Source of the DNA: Phaeosaccion multiseriatum
Lineage: Eukaryota > Protista > Ochrophyta, other classes
Direction: 5' to 3'
Assembly: GCA_965112735.1 (NCBI GenBank)
Contig: OZ218961.1
Span: forward strand, 3,162,001-3,226,000
Length of the DNA stretch: 64,000 nt
Part shown: positions 1 through 11,430 of the stretch, piece by piece
Position numbering within the stretch: the first letter of the stretch is position 1
How the letters are laid out: each line of letters begins with the position of its first letter
Position numbers and translations under genes: made by a program
The notes under the pieces: generated by a model
The model's database searches: none
What the model was told of the DNA's origin: nothing
What the model saw: only the letters and a program-made list of their open reading frames with translations

Positions 1-543
1 GCTTAGAGGAAAGGAAAGGAGGAGCAGGGGTGGTATAGCTACCACGGAAGGGGCACATAGACTTTCGTGGCAGTACGATGTTGGCGAAAAGAGGAGGACA
101 CAGACAGATGTGGGGAGGAGGGCACACATGTACGGTGATAGATGGCGGGCAGCATCGGCTCGAGGATGGACACATAAGGGTGGGTATCACTACGTCGATA
201 TACACGCGGTGTCGGTGTGTGTGTGTGTGTGTGTGTGTGTGCACGTGTGTGTGTGGTACAGTGATCACTCCGCCGCCCCCCCCCCTCCCCCCTGATGCTG
301 CTGTATCACCAACTCCTGCAGTTCGAACTCACCGTCCCAGGGCTTCTTCAGGCTCTGCGACAGCTGCCCGGCCGCCGCCGCTGCCCGCGCCTCCTTCTCT
401 CTCCTCCTCAACCCCTGAACCTCGCGTCCATCCGTCCCTCCTTGGAGAAGTCGATAGTATTGGCGTCCGTCCGGGTCCTTTAGTACCTCCCTCCGCTGCC
501 TCCTTCGCAAGGTCCGCCCCTTCCTCTCTGCCTGCTTGGTCAT
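1..543 (-). CDS. Possible 5' part of an unidentified spliced gene running off the left edge
   Basis: ATG at 543 opens MTKQAERKGRTLRRRQRREVLKDPDGRQYY...KPWD, followed by a GTGAGT donor. No recognisable domain. Confidence 0.3.
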
Positions 544-785
544 CTATTTTACTCAAGCTAACTCAAGCTAACTCATGATTACTCAAGCTAACTCAGTCCT
601 GCCACCTTCGGATGAGGCCATGGCAAAAGCGCAGGCTAACTCAGTTTTGACGCCCCCTTGCCCTCAGATACGGCATTTTACTCTGAAATGAGTCGGTTCA
701 CAGCGTGGGTGAAGGAAGGTTCGTGGACGGTTCCAACACCTCACACCATCACAGATGGCATTAAAGGGTGTCATATACATACACC

Positions 786-1055
786 TCACACGAGTACCCT
801 CTCCTTCCTAAGGTCTCCGATGTCCCACCACTGCCTATACCCATTGCCCTGCTGAGCCTCGTCGTCCGCTGCCATCGCGGTTACAAGCCTCGCCCGAGCC
901 ACTTCGCACAAGAAAGTCGCATAAGCGCCGCCCCTCTGCTCGAAGGCCGGAGAAACATACACCCTCTGCTGCAAGGAGAGGGGAAGGAGGGGATGGGATG
1001 GCAGTGGATGGCAGTGGGTGGGTGAGGAAGATGAGCGAAGTAGAGGGGGAATTAC

Positions 1056-1101
<46 letters not shown>

Positions 1102-1295
1102 GTGCGTGTGTCTAGGCCCGCTGGGGAGGGGAAGGGAGGGAGAGGATGGCAGTGGATGGGTGAGAGGATCGGACCGCGGGGCTTGGAGGTCGAGTAGTCA
1201 CAGGGAGATCGGGTGGGGGTGGAGGAAGGAGCGAGAGCGAGTGCGCAGTAGGAGAGCGAGGGAAACACACGCACACACAATCGCACACAGGCACG

Positions 1296-1384
<89 letters not shown>

Positions 1385-4300
1385 ACCTACCTTCCCGTCC
1401 CGTGGTGCTTGCTTCTTCTGGCGCGGCTCTTGGACACCTCCCTCCCTCTCCCCTTGCGGTTCTTGCCGCTCTCCTCGCCTCTCCGCTTGCTCGAGCTCGG
1501 CCTCGAAGAGAGGAGGAGCCACGCTTAAGCTCAGCAGAGCCCTTCCTATTCCTGTGTCTCTGTCTCTGTGTCTGTGTCTGTCGCTTTCTCTCTCCCCGTT
1601 CCCGTCCCCGTCCAGGCGAAGATTCAGGAGGAAGTGACAAGCGCTGCGCAGGTTAGCGAGGCAGTAGCCCGGTCTGAGAGGGAAAGAGAGGCGGGGGCGG
1701 GGGGGAGGGGGAGGGGGAGGATCAGGGGGCTGATGATCGATAGATCGGTTCAGATGTGAGACATGGTCAGAGGTCAGCGCGGAGCGAAGTCTACGGCACC
1801 ACTCGCGACTCCACTCCACTCCCCTCCCCTCCTCTCCCCTCCCCTGCCCTGCCCTGCCCTGCCCTACGCTTCACACGGTGCGATGAGCCGTTATGCACGA
1901 GTAAGTCAGTAAGTCGAGAAGCGCGGACACATGAGAAGAGGTGGGGACACTCACAGAGACGTCATGCATGAGTACATCAGTAAGTCAGCAAGTCAGTAAG
2001 TCAGTAAGTCAGTAAGTCAGCAAGGTGTGGTGGGCGCTGAGACACTCACAGAGACATGAGCGCGTTGGGGCTGTGGTAGGCCTCGATGAGAGTGCACGAG
2101 GAGAGGAGCCCACACGAGTCCGCTCGGGCAGTGAGCAGCGTGAAGATCAACGCGGGAAGGAGCTCGTCACACGACGGCTGATGCCCTCGCCTTCGCTGTC
2201 TCCGCTGGGGGGGGCGTTTTCTGAAGCTACCAGGTCGATGCATCTGCTCCTGTTGCTGCTGGTGGTGCTGCTGGTGGTGGTGATGGTGCTGCTGCTGCTT
2301 CCCTCGTCCCTCCGCTTCTCCTTTACATGTTGTCCGTCTACCCTCCTCCTTCTCCCCCTCCTCCCCCTCCTGCCCCTGCCCCTGCCCCTGCTCCTGCTCC
2401 TGCTCCTCCTTCTTCTTCTCCTCCTTCTCGTGGCAAGATGCGCCCCCCTCGGTTGGACACGGCGCAGACCGCATGGCGAGCATACTGTATGTACCGATGT
2501 ACCGTTACAGAATAAGGCAGAGCACGCAGAAGAAAGATATCGAGAGGGGCCGCATGCGTCAAGGCCGTCTTGGACATGGACATTCAAGGCCGTCTTGGAC
2601 ATGGACATGGAGGTACAGGCCATAACCCCCGCGTCCCCCCCACTGAGCCGAACCTCAACACCTCTCCACCTTCAACATAGATAAAAATATTCTTACATAA
2701 TCTTTCTCCCTCCCACAGAACAGCCCCTCCCCTCCCCCTGCACGCCCCCACGCACCTGACGAGTATGTCGTGGCAGCGAATGATGCAGCCCAGCTTGTCC
2801 GACGGAGCCTTGAGCTGAGCGATCCGCCGCAGCTCTGCCCGGCCCAGCTCCAAGCAAGCAGCCTCCCCCTGCCCCCTGGGGAACGTTGCGGCCCCCGCCT
2901 GCCCTCCGGGGGACACCTTCTCTACAGAGGCGAGACTCTTCTGACTCCCACCTCCCTCCCTGGGCCTGGAAGGGACAAGAGGAGGGGAAGAGTGGCCAAG
3001 GGGTGCGGGCATCACGGTGAAGGGGCATGAGGGGCATTGTAGAGAGGAAACAACGGCACGAAGCGACTCTAATGAGCCGATGAGCCGTCGATGGGCCGGT
3101 GAGGAGCGAGGAGGAGAGCTTTTCTAGCTGCATTTCAGTCCCTTTCTCTCTCCTCCTCCCTCTCCACCCCCCCCCCGCTCTCTCTCTCTCCTCCTCCTCT
3201 CTCTCCTCCCCCCCGCTCTCTCTCTTTCTGTGTCTCTCCATCTCTCTTCCTCTCTCCTCTCTCTAAGAGCCCAAGGCAACACTCCCTCGCACCCCGGCCT
3301 CACCCAAGGGAACTGCGCAGCTCCAGTTTCAGTATCCTGTCCAGCCTGTTGTCGCCCTCTCCTTCCTCCTCCACGCTCCAAGCAAAGCCGTGCAGCTGCA
3401 GCATCACATATCTGGGGTGTATACACGGGCATATAGGCAGGCACACGGACATACGTAAGCATACATATGGGTACATATGACAATGTGGGGATGGGCATGG
3501 GGACGGAGGGAAGTAGCGGGCGGTGCGGATCGGAGGGGCGCAGTAGAGGCATATGGGGATCTCCGTGGGGGCAGTAGAGGCATATGGGGATGCAAGTGCC
3601 AAGCGGTGTGAATGTGTACCAATCCTCTTAAGAGATGCTCGGATAGAAGGACTATAGGGATGCACCTGTGTATCACCCATCCCTCTGAGAGGGGGAGGGG
3701 GAGAGAGAGAGAGATCGCGAATCGTACCACTGGCCCGCCTCATCCTCTCCTCCCACACACGCACACATGCATGCACGCACGCACGCACGCACCCACTCCC
3801 TTACCTCTCCACCCACTCGGACGCGGCTTGCAGCTGTGTATGCGTGAGGCCCGGCCACGCGGGGTGCACAGAGAGAGCGGCCTCGAAGGCTAATGCGGAA
3901 GGAAGCCATGGGGGGAGGAGGGAGAGGAGGGAGAGGAGGGACAGAGTAAGAAGGAGAGGAGGGAGAGGAGCAGAGAGGAGCAGGGAAAAGACAAGAGAGG
4001 GGCATCCCGGAGGGGGAACACGAAGTCAAGATGATCAGCAGCAGAGAGCCTTGTTCCCTCCCCAGCCCCAAGCAAGGCCATGCCTTCTCCTTCACTCTCA
4101 CCAAGGAGGAAGGTCCTCACTGCCTTTCTCAGCCACTTCTTCGTCTCGTCTCGGAGCCGTTCGCACGTCCACTCTTTTTCCTGCTCCTGCCCACGCCGAT
4201 GCCCCCTTACCCACCCACCCACTCTTGCTGCTGCTGCTGCTGCTGCTCCTCCTCCTCCTCCTCCTCTTCCTCCTCCTCGAACCCCTCCCCTTCCCTGTCC

Positions 4301-5290
4301 CCTCTGCTCCTCGGTCCTCCCCGTGTGACGCATACGGTTCTGCCTCAGCCTGCTGCTTTGCTCGGCGTAGATACTCTCCTGCTCCACCATCTCTGCGAGG
4401 AAGCGTCTGATCCTGTCCCGGACGTCGCTGCTGTCCCGGCGCATGAGGCGGCGTATGAAGGCAGCGTAGCAGCGGAGCTCCTTGTGCCTTTTGTAGCGTC
4501 GGTTATGCCCCAGCTCGAACGAAGGGTAGAAGACTTGCTCTTCTTCTTCCCTCGAGGTGGACCTCGGCCTCCTCCTACTCGCTGTACTTGCACCGCTTGC
4601 GCTACCGCTCCCATTGAGCCGTTGGTCGCCCCCACCCTTATCCCTGCTACTCGCCCCTACCTCGGCTGAAGAGGCCGGAGCCGCGTCTCCTTCTGCGGGA
4701 TCAAAAGCCGGGGCTGAAAGAGGCCTTGAGCTTGCAGCCACAGCAGTAGGACCGGTGCTCAGTTTGCTCAGAAGCTTCTCAACAGTGCTCTCCAATCGTC
4801 GTTCTGGCGGCTCCTCCTTCTCCTCCTCCTCCTCCTCCTCCTCCTCCTCCTCCTCCTCCTCCTCCTCCTCCTCTCCTCCCTTCCACTGCTGCTGCCTCTG
4901 CTGGTACCTTTCATAGCCCATGCCTGCCGCACATTCGGCATCACTGCATCTTGTCTGTAGGCTTGCCCACTCGCCAGTCTCCCTAAAGTGTGTCAACTTG
5001 TTGGCAAGAGTGCCGTCAGCTCTCCCCTCGCTTGCGGCGGCCTCCAGCAGTAGCGCCCTCTGCCGCTGCTGGGCCAACACAACCCCTCGCTCCTCCACAC
5101 GAGCAGTCAGGGTGCCGAGCCTGAGGGATCAGCAGCAAAACGCACCGTCAAAGCGACGCGGAGGATGGAAGATTTCGCTCCTCTCTCCCTCTTACCTTGC
5201 CAAGAGCGCCTCCACATCCTCGCCTGCTTTCAAGCCTTGCGCACAGGACACTCCTTCCCACACGCCCGAGCTCCTTGGATGATCCATCAT
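786..5290 (-). CDS. VPS9-domain (Rab5 GEF-like) protein, multi-exon
   Basis: Exon 1 (5290-5196, GTAAG donor) splices in frame into the exon at 5120 (ORF 3890..5098). VPS9 motifs lie in separate exons: AELRRIAQLKAPSDKLGCIIRC (~2770-2850), PSCDELLPALIFTLL (~2120-2180), GYCLANLRSACHFLLNL (~1620-1670). Last exon presumed to end at stop 786. Confidence 0.75.
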
Positions 5291-5446
5291 GCGAGCACTT
5301 TATACTTTAGTCTTTAGTATCCTTTGAGTGAGCGACCCAACCGCCGAGAGGATAAGTCAACGATTCATCCGACGGCGGAGAGCAGCACCAACCCCGCCTT
5401 ATGTACCCCGAGTACATGGCGCCCGGGGGAAAGAGTGATAGTAGAG

Positions 5447-8400
5447 ATGACTAGCAGTGACAGCAGCAATGGAGGTGGTGGTAGTAGCAGTGGTGTTGGA
5501 GGCTTCCTCACCAAGGCCGAGCTGCAGGACCTCGTGTTCAGCAATTTCCCCTCGTCAGGCTTGTGCTTTGCCTTTGCGTACGGCTCCGGTGTACTACCGC
5601 AGACCGGCTACAACTATGCTCAAGCCCACAATCCACATTCCTCGTTGAAGGGAGCGGGAGGTGGCGAAGGTGGTGCGGCTTCAACGGGGAAGGGGGGGGG
5701 GGAGCTTCCTATGGTGGACATAATCCTGACAGTCAAGGACGCGAGGAAATGGCACCAGCTGAACATGGACAGGTGCGGCGCGTGAGGGGTGCGAGACCAG
5801 CTGGAGGTGCCCATCCCACCACTAAGAGCATCTTTTACTCTCTTTGTTCCCCTGGGGGGGCTACACTGTTGGTGCCTCTCCCCTTGGCAGGAACGCTTCT
5901 CACTACTCGAGCTTGGCAAGGTGGCTGGGCCCAGGCGGCGTCACTTACCTTCAAGAACTGCCCGCAGGGGTAAGGAGCTGGGGCCCTGATCTACGACCCT
6001 TGCATCCTTCCCTCTCTCTCTCCTTGCCGGGGCCTTCTCCCTGACGTTCTCCCTCGCTGGCTCCTCCATCCACCCTTCCTCTTCCTCGGGTCTGTCCTCC
6101 TGTTGTGTCTCAGCTCTACTACAACACTTCCATTCCTGTCCGCTTTATGGCGTCGCCTGGGTCTCCTATGGTGGAGCGTGTGATCAAGTACGGCGTGATA
6201 TCCGAGGAGCAGTGTATCGCAGACCTGGAGGGGTGGCCCCATCTCTACATCGCAGGCAAGCGAGAAACAGCAGACAGGGAAGGAGGGGCAGCTTGGCGCT
6301 ACCTCACTCACTTGAGTCCGAGTTGATGGCCCGACTGTGACTTCAGACAGATTGACTGACTTAACGACTGACTGGCTGGCTTAGTAAACTGAGTGACTAG
6401 TGACTGACTGTCTGACTGAACTTTCGACTGCGATACTGTTATCACCACCTCAACCCCCTCATGGCTGCACTTGGCCCTCTTCCTCTCTCAGGGCGCATGC
6501 ACAAGCCCGTGCGTATTCTCCAGGGGGGGGCGGGCAGCGATACTCCGGCGGCGGCGATCCTTTCGGCGGCTTCTGTGAACCTGCAACATGCCGTGCGCTG
6601 TGCCCTTCTGCGCCTCCCACAGAGCTTCGACGAGGTAGGCACCTTACTGAGCAATGCAGAGGGGTGTGACAGTGGGGGGTGGGGAGCTTGGGCCATCTGT
6701 TGCCATCTGATGCCATCTACTGCCATGTGCATGGATAGGAGAGGGAGAGAGGAGAGCGGGGCGGAGGAGAGCTGCCGTATGCTGCTATGCTGCTGCACAC
6801 AACGGCCAACTCGTTGGAGCGTGTTTCCTGTAATGAGTCTATCGAGAGGACTCGAATAGAGAGAATCAGGGCGAAGTCATCGCCTGACCATTCATGGCAC
6901 ACTCTCCTTCCCTCCCTCCCTCCATGTATGCACTGCTCATACCTTTGTCCCCACATACGATATGTCTGCAGGATATGCTCTACACGGCCATTGCGGTAAG
7001 CGGACCTCCCGAGTGCATTGGTCGTCTGTCGTCTGCCAACTGTCACCTCTTCTAATCTTCTGTTGAGAAGAAGCTGCCTTACTGACCAAACCACCGCCCC
7101 TCCTGTTTGACTGCGAACAGGGCATCTCCTACGCCGGGGACTTTCGAATGGGCATCGGGGAGAACCCCAACAAGGTGGGCTGAGCAGAGCGACGACTGTA
7201 TCACCAACTGCTGCTGCTGCTGCTGCCGCTGCATCCCTCCTCTGTTCTCCCTCTCTCGTCTGTCCTCTCTGTCCAGTCGATGGACGGACTTAAGTGGGAT
7301 AAGAGGGACGCACAAGGGGAGAAGCAAAGCGAACACAGCCCGCCCCCCCCCCCCCCCTCCTTCCGAATGCTCAAGGCTGCTGAAGGCTGCTCAAGGCTGT
7401 GAAACATAAGGCTGCTCAAGGCTGTGAAACATGACACGTTGCGCAATGCCCCCTCCTCCGCTCCTCTCCCTCCTCCCTACCCTCCCCTCCGCTCCTCTCC
7501 CTCCCTCCTCCCCTCCCCTCCCCTCCCCTCCTCCTCCGCTCCTCTCCCTCCCTCCTACCCTCCCCTCCTCCCCTCCCCTCCTCCTCCGCTCCTCTCCCTC
7601 CCTCCTACCCTCCCCTCCCCTCCCCTCCTCCTCCGCTCCTCTCCCTCCCTCCTACCCTCCCCTACCCTCCCCTCCCCTCCTCCTCCGCTCCTCTCCCTCC
7701 CTCCTACCCTCCCCTCCCCTCCTCCTCCGCTCCTCTCCCTCCCTCCTACCCTACCCTCCCCTCCTCCCCTCCCCTCCTCCTCCGCTCCTCTCCCTCCCTC
7801 CCTCCTACCCTCCCCTCCCCTCCCCTCCCCTCCCCTCCTCCTCCGCTCCTCTCCCTCCCTCCTACCCTCCCCTCCTACCCTCCCCTCCTCCTCCGCTCCT
7901 CTCCCTCCCTCCTCCCCTCCCCTCCTCCCCTCCCCTCCCCTCCTCCTCCGCTCCTCTCCCTCCCTCCTACCCTCCCCTCCTCCCCTCCCCTCCCTCCCTC
8001 CTCCTCTCCCTCAGGTGCGGAACATCGCATCGGGAAGCCGTGAGCACTTCCGCGAGCTCTACCGCCCCACCCTCAAAGAAGGAGGAGGAGGAGGGGCATT
8101 TGCAGGTCAGTAACACACGCACACACGCACACACGCACACACGCACTCACTTGCGGCTGGACACAAATGTAGGCATGAGTTACCCCAGGGGGGCAGGGCC
8201 CAGGGGGGCAGGGCTCTTGGCAGTGGCGCTTGGTGGACGCAGTCAAGTGAAGTGAAGCTCGTCTTTCCCGCCCTGTGAGCCACCCAGTGTTTCCGCCCAG
8301 TCATGTGTCTGATGGAACGGCTGAGCGCTGTCCGGCGAGGGGTCGTGCCGTGCTTCCACAGCAGCTCTTTTGTGCTGTGCTGTTGCTTACGTGTTGCTTA

Positions 8401-9083
8401 TTGCTTGCTCTGCCCCTCGCCTGCCCCTCTCCTCTCCTCTCCTCCTCTCTCCTCTCTCCTCTCTTCTCCTCTCCTCCCCTCCCCTCCCCTCCCCTCCCCT
8501 CCCCTCCCCTCCCCTCTCCTCTCCTCTCCTCTCCTCTCCTCCCCTCCCCTCCCCTCCCCTCCCCTCCCCTCCCCTTCCCTCCCCTCCCCTCCCCTCCCCC
8601 CCCCTCCCCTCCCCTCTGCTCTCCTCTCCTCTCCTCTGCTCTCCTCTGCTCCCGTTTCCTGTCCTGCCAGACGTGCTGTCCTCCAACAGCGACATGACTC
8701 GTTTCCAGCAGGACATGTCGCTCGGGGCGCAGCGCTCTCTGGTCAGAGGCCTGCCCTCCTACCTCAAGGCAGCAGCAGCGACGGCCGCTACAGAGGATGC
8801 AGAGGGGACAGAGGAGGGGGCCGCAGGCAGGGGGGCGGCGACAGCAGCAGCAGTTGGTGATACAGCAGCAACAGCAAGAGCAGCAATAGCAAGAGTCTCT
8901 TCCTCTCCTTCTGTGCCGCACCCCCGCTGCTTGCGAGTGAGCTTGGCAGTGGGGGCCGCCCTATCAACAGTAGTGGGGCGCTCCTCTCGCCTGCAGGCAG
9001 GAAAGGGACTGCTCAGCGCGGGCTTGCTGAGGTCAGCGGCGTACGCGTGGGCCAAGGTCAGAAAGGCAGCCCGGCCCAAGTGA
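5447..9083 (+). CDS. TAM41: Mitochondrial phosphatidate cytidylyltransferase (Tam41/Mmp37), multi-exon
   Basis: Motifs FAFAYGSGV, MVDIIL..WHQLN, HYSSL, LYYNT, IKYGVIS..DL..W..LYIAG|RMHKPV, ISYAGDFRM..GENPNKV.NI, and C-terminal Q..KGLLSAG..RS..YA..KV.KA. Confidence 0.93.
7450..8012. repeat. Intronic degenerate pyrimidine (C/T-rich) minisatellite
   Basis: ~560 bp of CCTCCCCTC / CCGCTCCTCTCCCTCCC variants inside a TAM41 intron. Confidence 0.9.
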
Positions 9084-9298
9084 GCCTCAAGTGGAGGGGG
9101 GTCAACAGAGGCCTAACCTACTTACTCCCGGTACCCAACGAGAGGATGAGGAAGGACCCAAGAAGAGTTCTTGTTATTGACTTATGGGAATCAACCTAAG
9201 AATTACGTGAGACGATGATGCCCCCCCCACCAGCCATAAGGTGGGAAGTCCGAGAAAAGCCCCACCCCCTTTTTTTTTATACACTCCATTTGCGTACA

Positions 9299-9452
9299 GT
9301 AAGAATCGCCCAAATCGCCCGTTTTTTGGGGGTCGGGCGGCAAGGGGGAGTGCTCCTGCGGAAATGCTGAAAACTAGGGAAAAGAAGGAAGGGTCGAAAA
9401 GCTATAGCGCTTCTCCCAGCGTCGTTTTGGGGGCGATTTCGGCGATTCTTAC
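9299..9452. mobile_element. Small inverted-repeat element (MITE-like remnant)
   Basis: GTAAGAATCGCCCAAATCGCCC (9299-9320) matches the reverse complement of 9431-9452 at 21/22 positions. No clear TSD. Confidence 0.45.
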
Positions 9453-9693
9453 GCAACTCCACCCCTACTCTTCACCAATCGTACCATACTCGTACCATAC
9501 TCGGGTATATTGGCATGCAAAAAAGACTTGTCCTTCCTCCTCACATGTCACATGTACGTCTTTGTCCTTCCTCCTCACATGTACGTCTCTGAATGAACAG
9601 CAGGGCTCGGGGGAGGTTGGCCCCACTTTACTCTGCGTCACTTTACTCTGTGTCTCCTCTTTTGCCCTGCGACTCGTGTCCATGGCGGCTAGC

Positions 9694-10155
9694 AAGGTGA
9701 GGGAAGGTGAGGGAAGGTGAGGGAAGGTGAGGGAATCGGCCCCTGACAAGGTTCTGGGTTCCAGGTTCTGGCCGGCGCCAGCCGGCCGGGTTCCAGGTTC
9801 TGGCCGGCGCCAGCCGGCCAGGTTCCAGGTTCTGGCCGGCGTCAGCCGGCCAGGTTCCAGGTTCCCCGGAAAAAGCCGTGTAATAAGGCAATGATATGGT
9901 CCCCTGAACCTGGTAGAACCTGGGTCCCAGGTTCTGGCCGGCGTCAGCCGGCCAGGTTCCAGGTTCTGGCTGGCGTCAGCCGGCCAGGTTCCAGGTTCTG
10001 GCCAGGGTCGCCTCAGAACCTTGTCAGGGGCCGAAGGGAAGGTGAGGGAAGGTGAGGGAAGGTGAGGGAAGGTGAGGGAAGGTGAGGGAAGGTGAGGGAA
10101 GGTGAGGGAAGGTGAGGGAAGGTGAGGGAAGGTGAGGGAAGGTGAGGGGAGGTGA
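9694..10155. repeat. (AAGGTGAGGG)n 10-bp minisatellite interrupted by a MITE
   Basis: About 4 units before position 9736 and about 12 units after 10034. Confidence 0.9.
9736..10034. mobile_element. MITE 1: 299 bp, 21-bp perfect TIR, 6-bp TSD (AGGGAA)
   Basis: TCGGCCCCTGACAAGGTTCTG (9736-9756) pairs with CAGAACCTTGTCAGGGGCCGA (10014-10034). AGGGAA at 9730-9735 and 10035-10040. Internal 32-bp repeats. Confidence 0.85.
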
Positions 10156-11324
10156 CTTGCTCGGGGACGCTTTCCCTCTCGAGTCTCTGCCGCAGAAATG
10201 CCTCGCCTCGGAGCCCGCCAGCGGTCTTCTCATTGACTTAGTGGCACCCCCACGGAAGAGCGCTCTCAATGGCGTTGGTGTTGGTGTTGGTGGTGGCGTC
10301 TATAAACCCGCCCCTCGCATGTCCTCCAAGAGGCCCAGCATCCCTTCCGGACTGGACGTGTCCTCCGCCTTGTGCACGGCCAGTACCGCGATGCCCCACA
10401 TGATGGCCGTGGGCTGCGGGCCTCCTCCTCCTCCTCCTCCTCCTCTCGGCCCCAGGCGAGGTTTCTCTGGCTTCTGGTTTACCTTCTGGGCGGTAGGCCC
10501 CTCCTGGCTTCGGGCTTCTGGCCGCAGGCCAGCGCTGGCTTCTCGGCTTTCGGCCGTAGGCCGCCTCTGGCTTCTCGCCTGTCGCTCTTTCCCGCTGGTG
10601 GCTGGCTTCTGCTGGTCGCAGCCCAGCCCCTGGCTCCTCGGCTTCGGCCGCCGGCCGCCTCTGGCTTCTGCTTATCGGGGGCCAGAGAAACCTCGCCTGG
10701 GGCCGACTCCTCCTCCTCCTCCTCCTCCTCCTCCCACCGACCTCCCCTGCTCTGGTACCTCTGTGGAGAGCTCAAGGCGTAGTGACCCAGCCAGGTCGTT
10801 GAGCGATGCCATTGCAGTGCCGAACGTCCTCATCTCGGGAAAAAGCACGCCTCGAACCTCCGAGACCCTCTTCCCTTCCTCCTCCTCCTCGCCGGCCCAT
10901 GCCCTGTGGAAGAACTGTGCCGCACTCACCCACTCTCTCGCCCTACAGAAGGCGTCCACCACGCTGTTGAGGCGGGCGGCGTCCAAAGGCAAGCCACACT
11001 TGCGCCTCGGCTCAGAGTGCGTCCAGGCACAGGCTGTCATCGCCGTCGCAAAGTACGTCTGATCGATCCACTTTCACAAGAGCCGCTGCCTGCACCTTCA
11101 ATAAGCTGTTAAAAGGAGTTTTTAAGTTTTTAAGAAGTGCACCCCTTCCAGCGGCCACAGTAAGTAGAGCCATCAAGGTCTCTCTTCCTGCCCGAGAAGT
11201 GAATCTTCTTGCACAGCGCGAGCTGGTCCCTCTCTATTACCCCCCCCTCCCCCCTCGAATGGAAGGTGTGCGGATGTGCGTACTCTGATGTGCGGATGTG
11301 CGTTGAAGTAGAGGTGGTGCTCAT
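10155..11324 (-). pseudogene. Decayed PPR gene disrupted by a MITE, frameshifts and stops
   Basis: PPR-like helices DQTYFATAMTACA, LNSVVDAFCRAREW, PEMRTFGTAMAS and PTAIMWGIAVLAV..MLGLLEDMRGAGL. GATC duplication frameshift near 11061-11068, in-frame stops, and MITE at 10446-10706. Confidence 0.65.
10446..10706. mobile_element. MITE 2: 261 bp, 26-bp perfect TIR, inserted in (CCT)n, TSD compatible with 6 bp (CTCCTC)
   Basis: TCGGCCCCAGGCGAGGTTTCTCTGGC (10446-10471) pairs with GCCAGAGAAACCTCGCCTGGGGCCGA (10681-10706). (CCT)n on both sides. Confidence 0.85.
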
Positions 11325-11430
11325 GGTGGTTCTTCGGTTGCGTTTTTCTCAATTGGTTTCGTGTTTTCCTTCCTGGACGACACGCACTCACGCCACACGC
11401 ACTGGGCGCATCACGCACACGACCGTACAT

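Noticed and set aside
7424-8255. Extensin-like Pro/Ser/Leu ORFs
   Set aside because: Translations of an intronic C/T repeat.
9757-10005. 32-bp hairpin repeats as a CRISPR array
   Set aside because: No spacer series, and the repeats are enclosed by TIRs.
10142-11062. 306-aa plus-strand ORF, possibly spliced to a MAASK exon at 9682
   Set aside because: No domain recognised. It is antisense to the PPR pseudogene and runs through MITE2.
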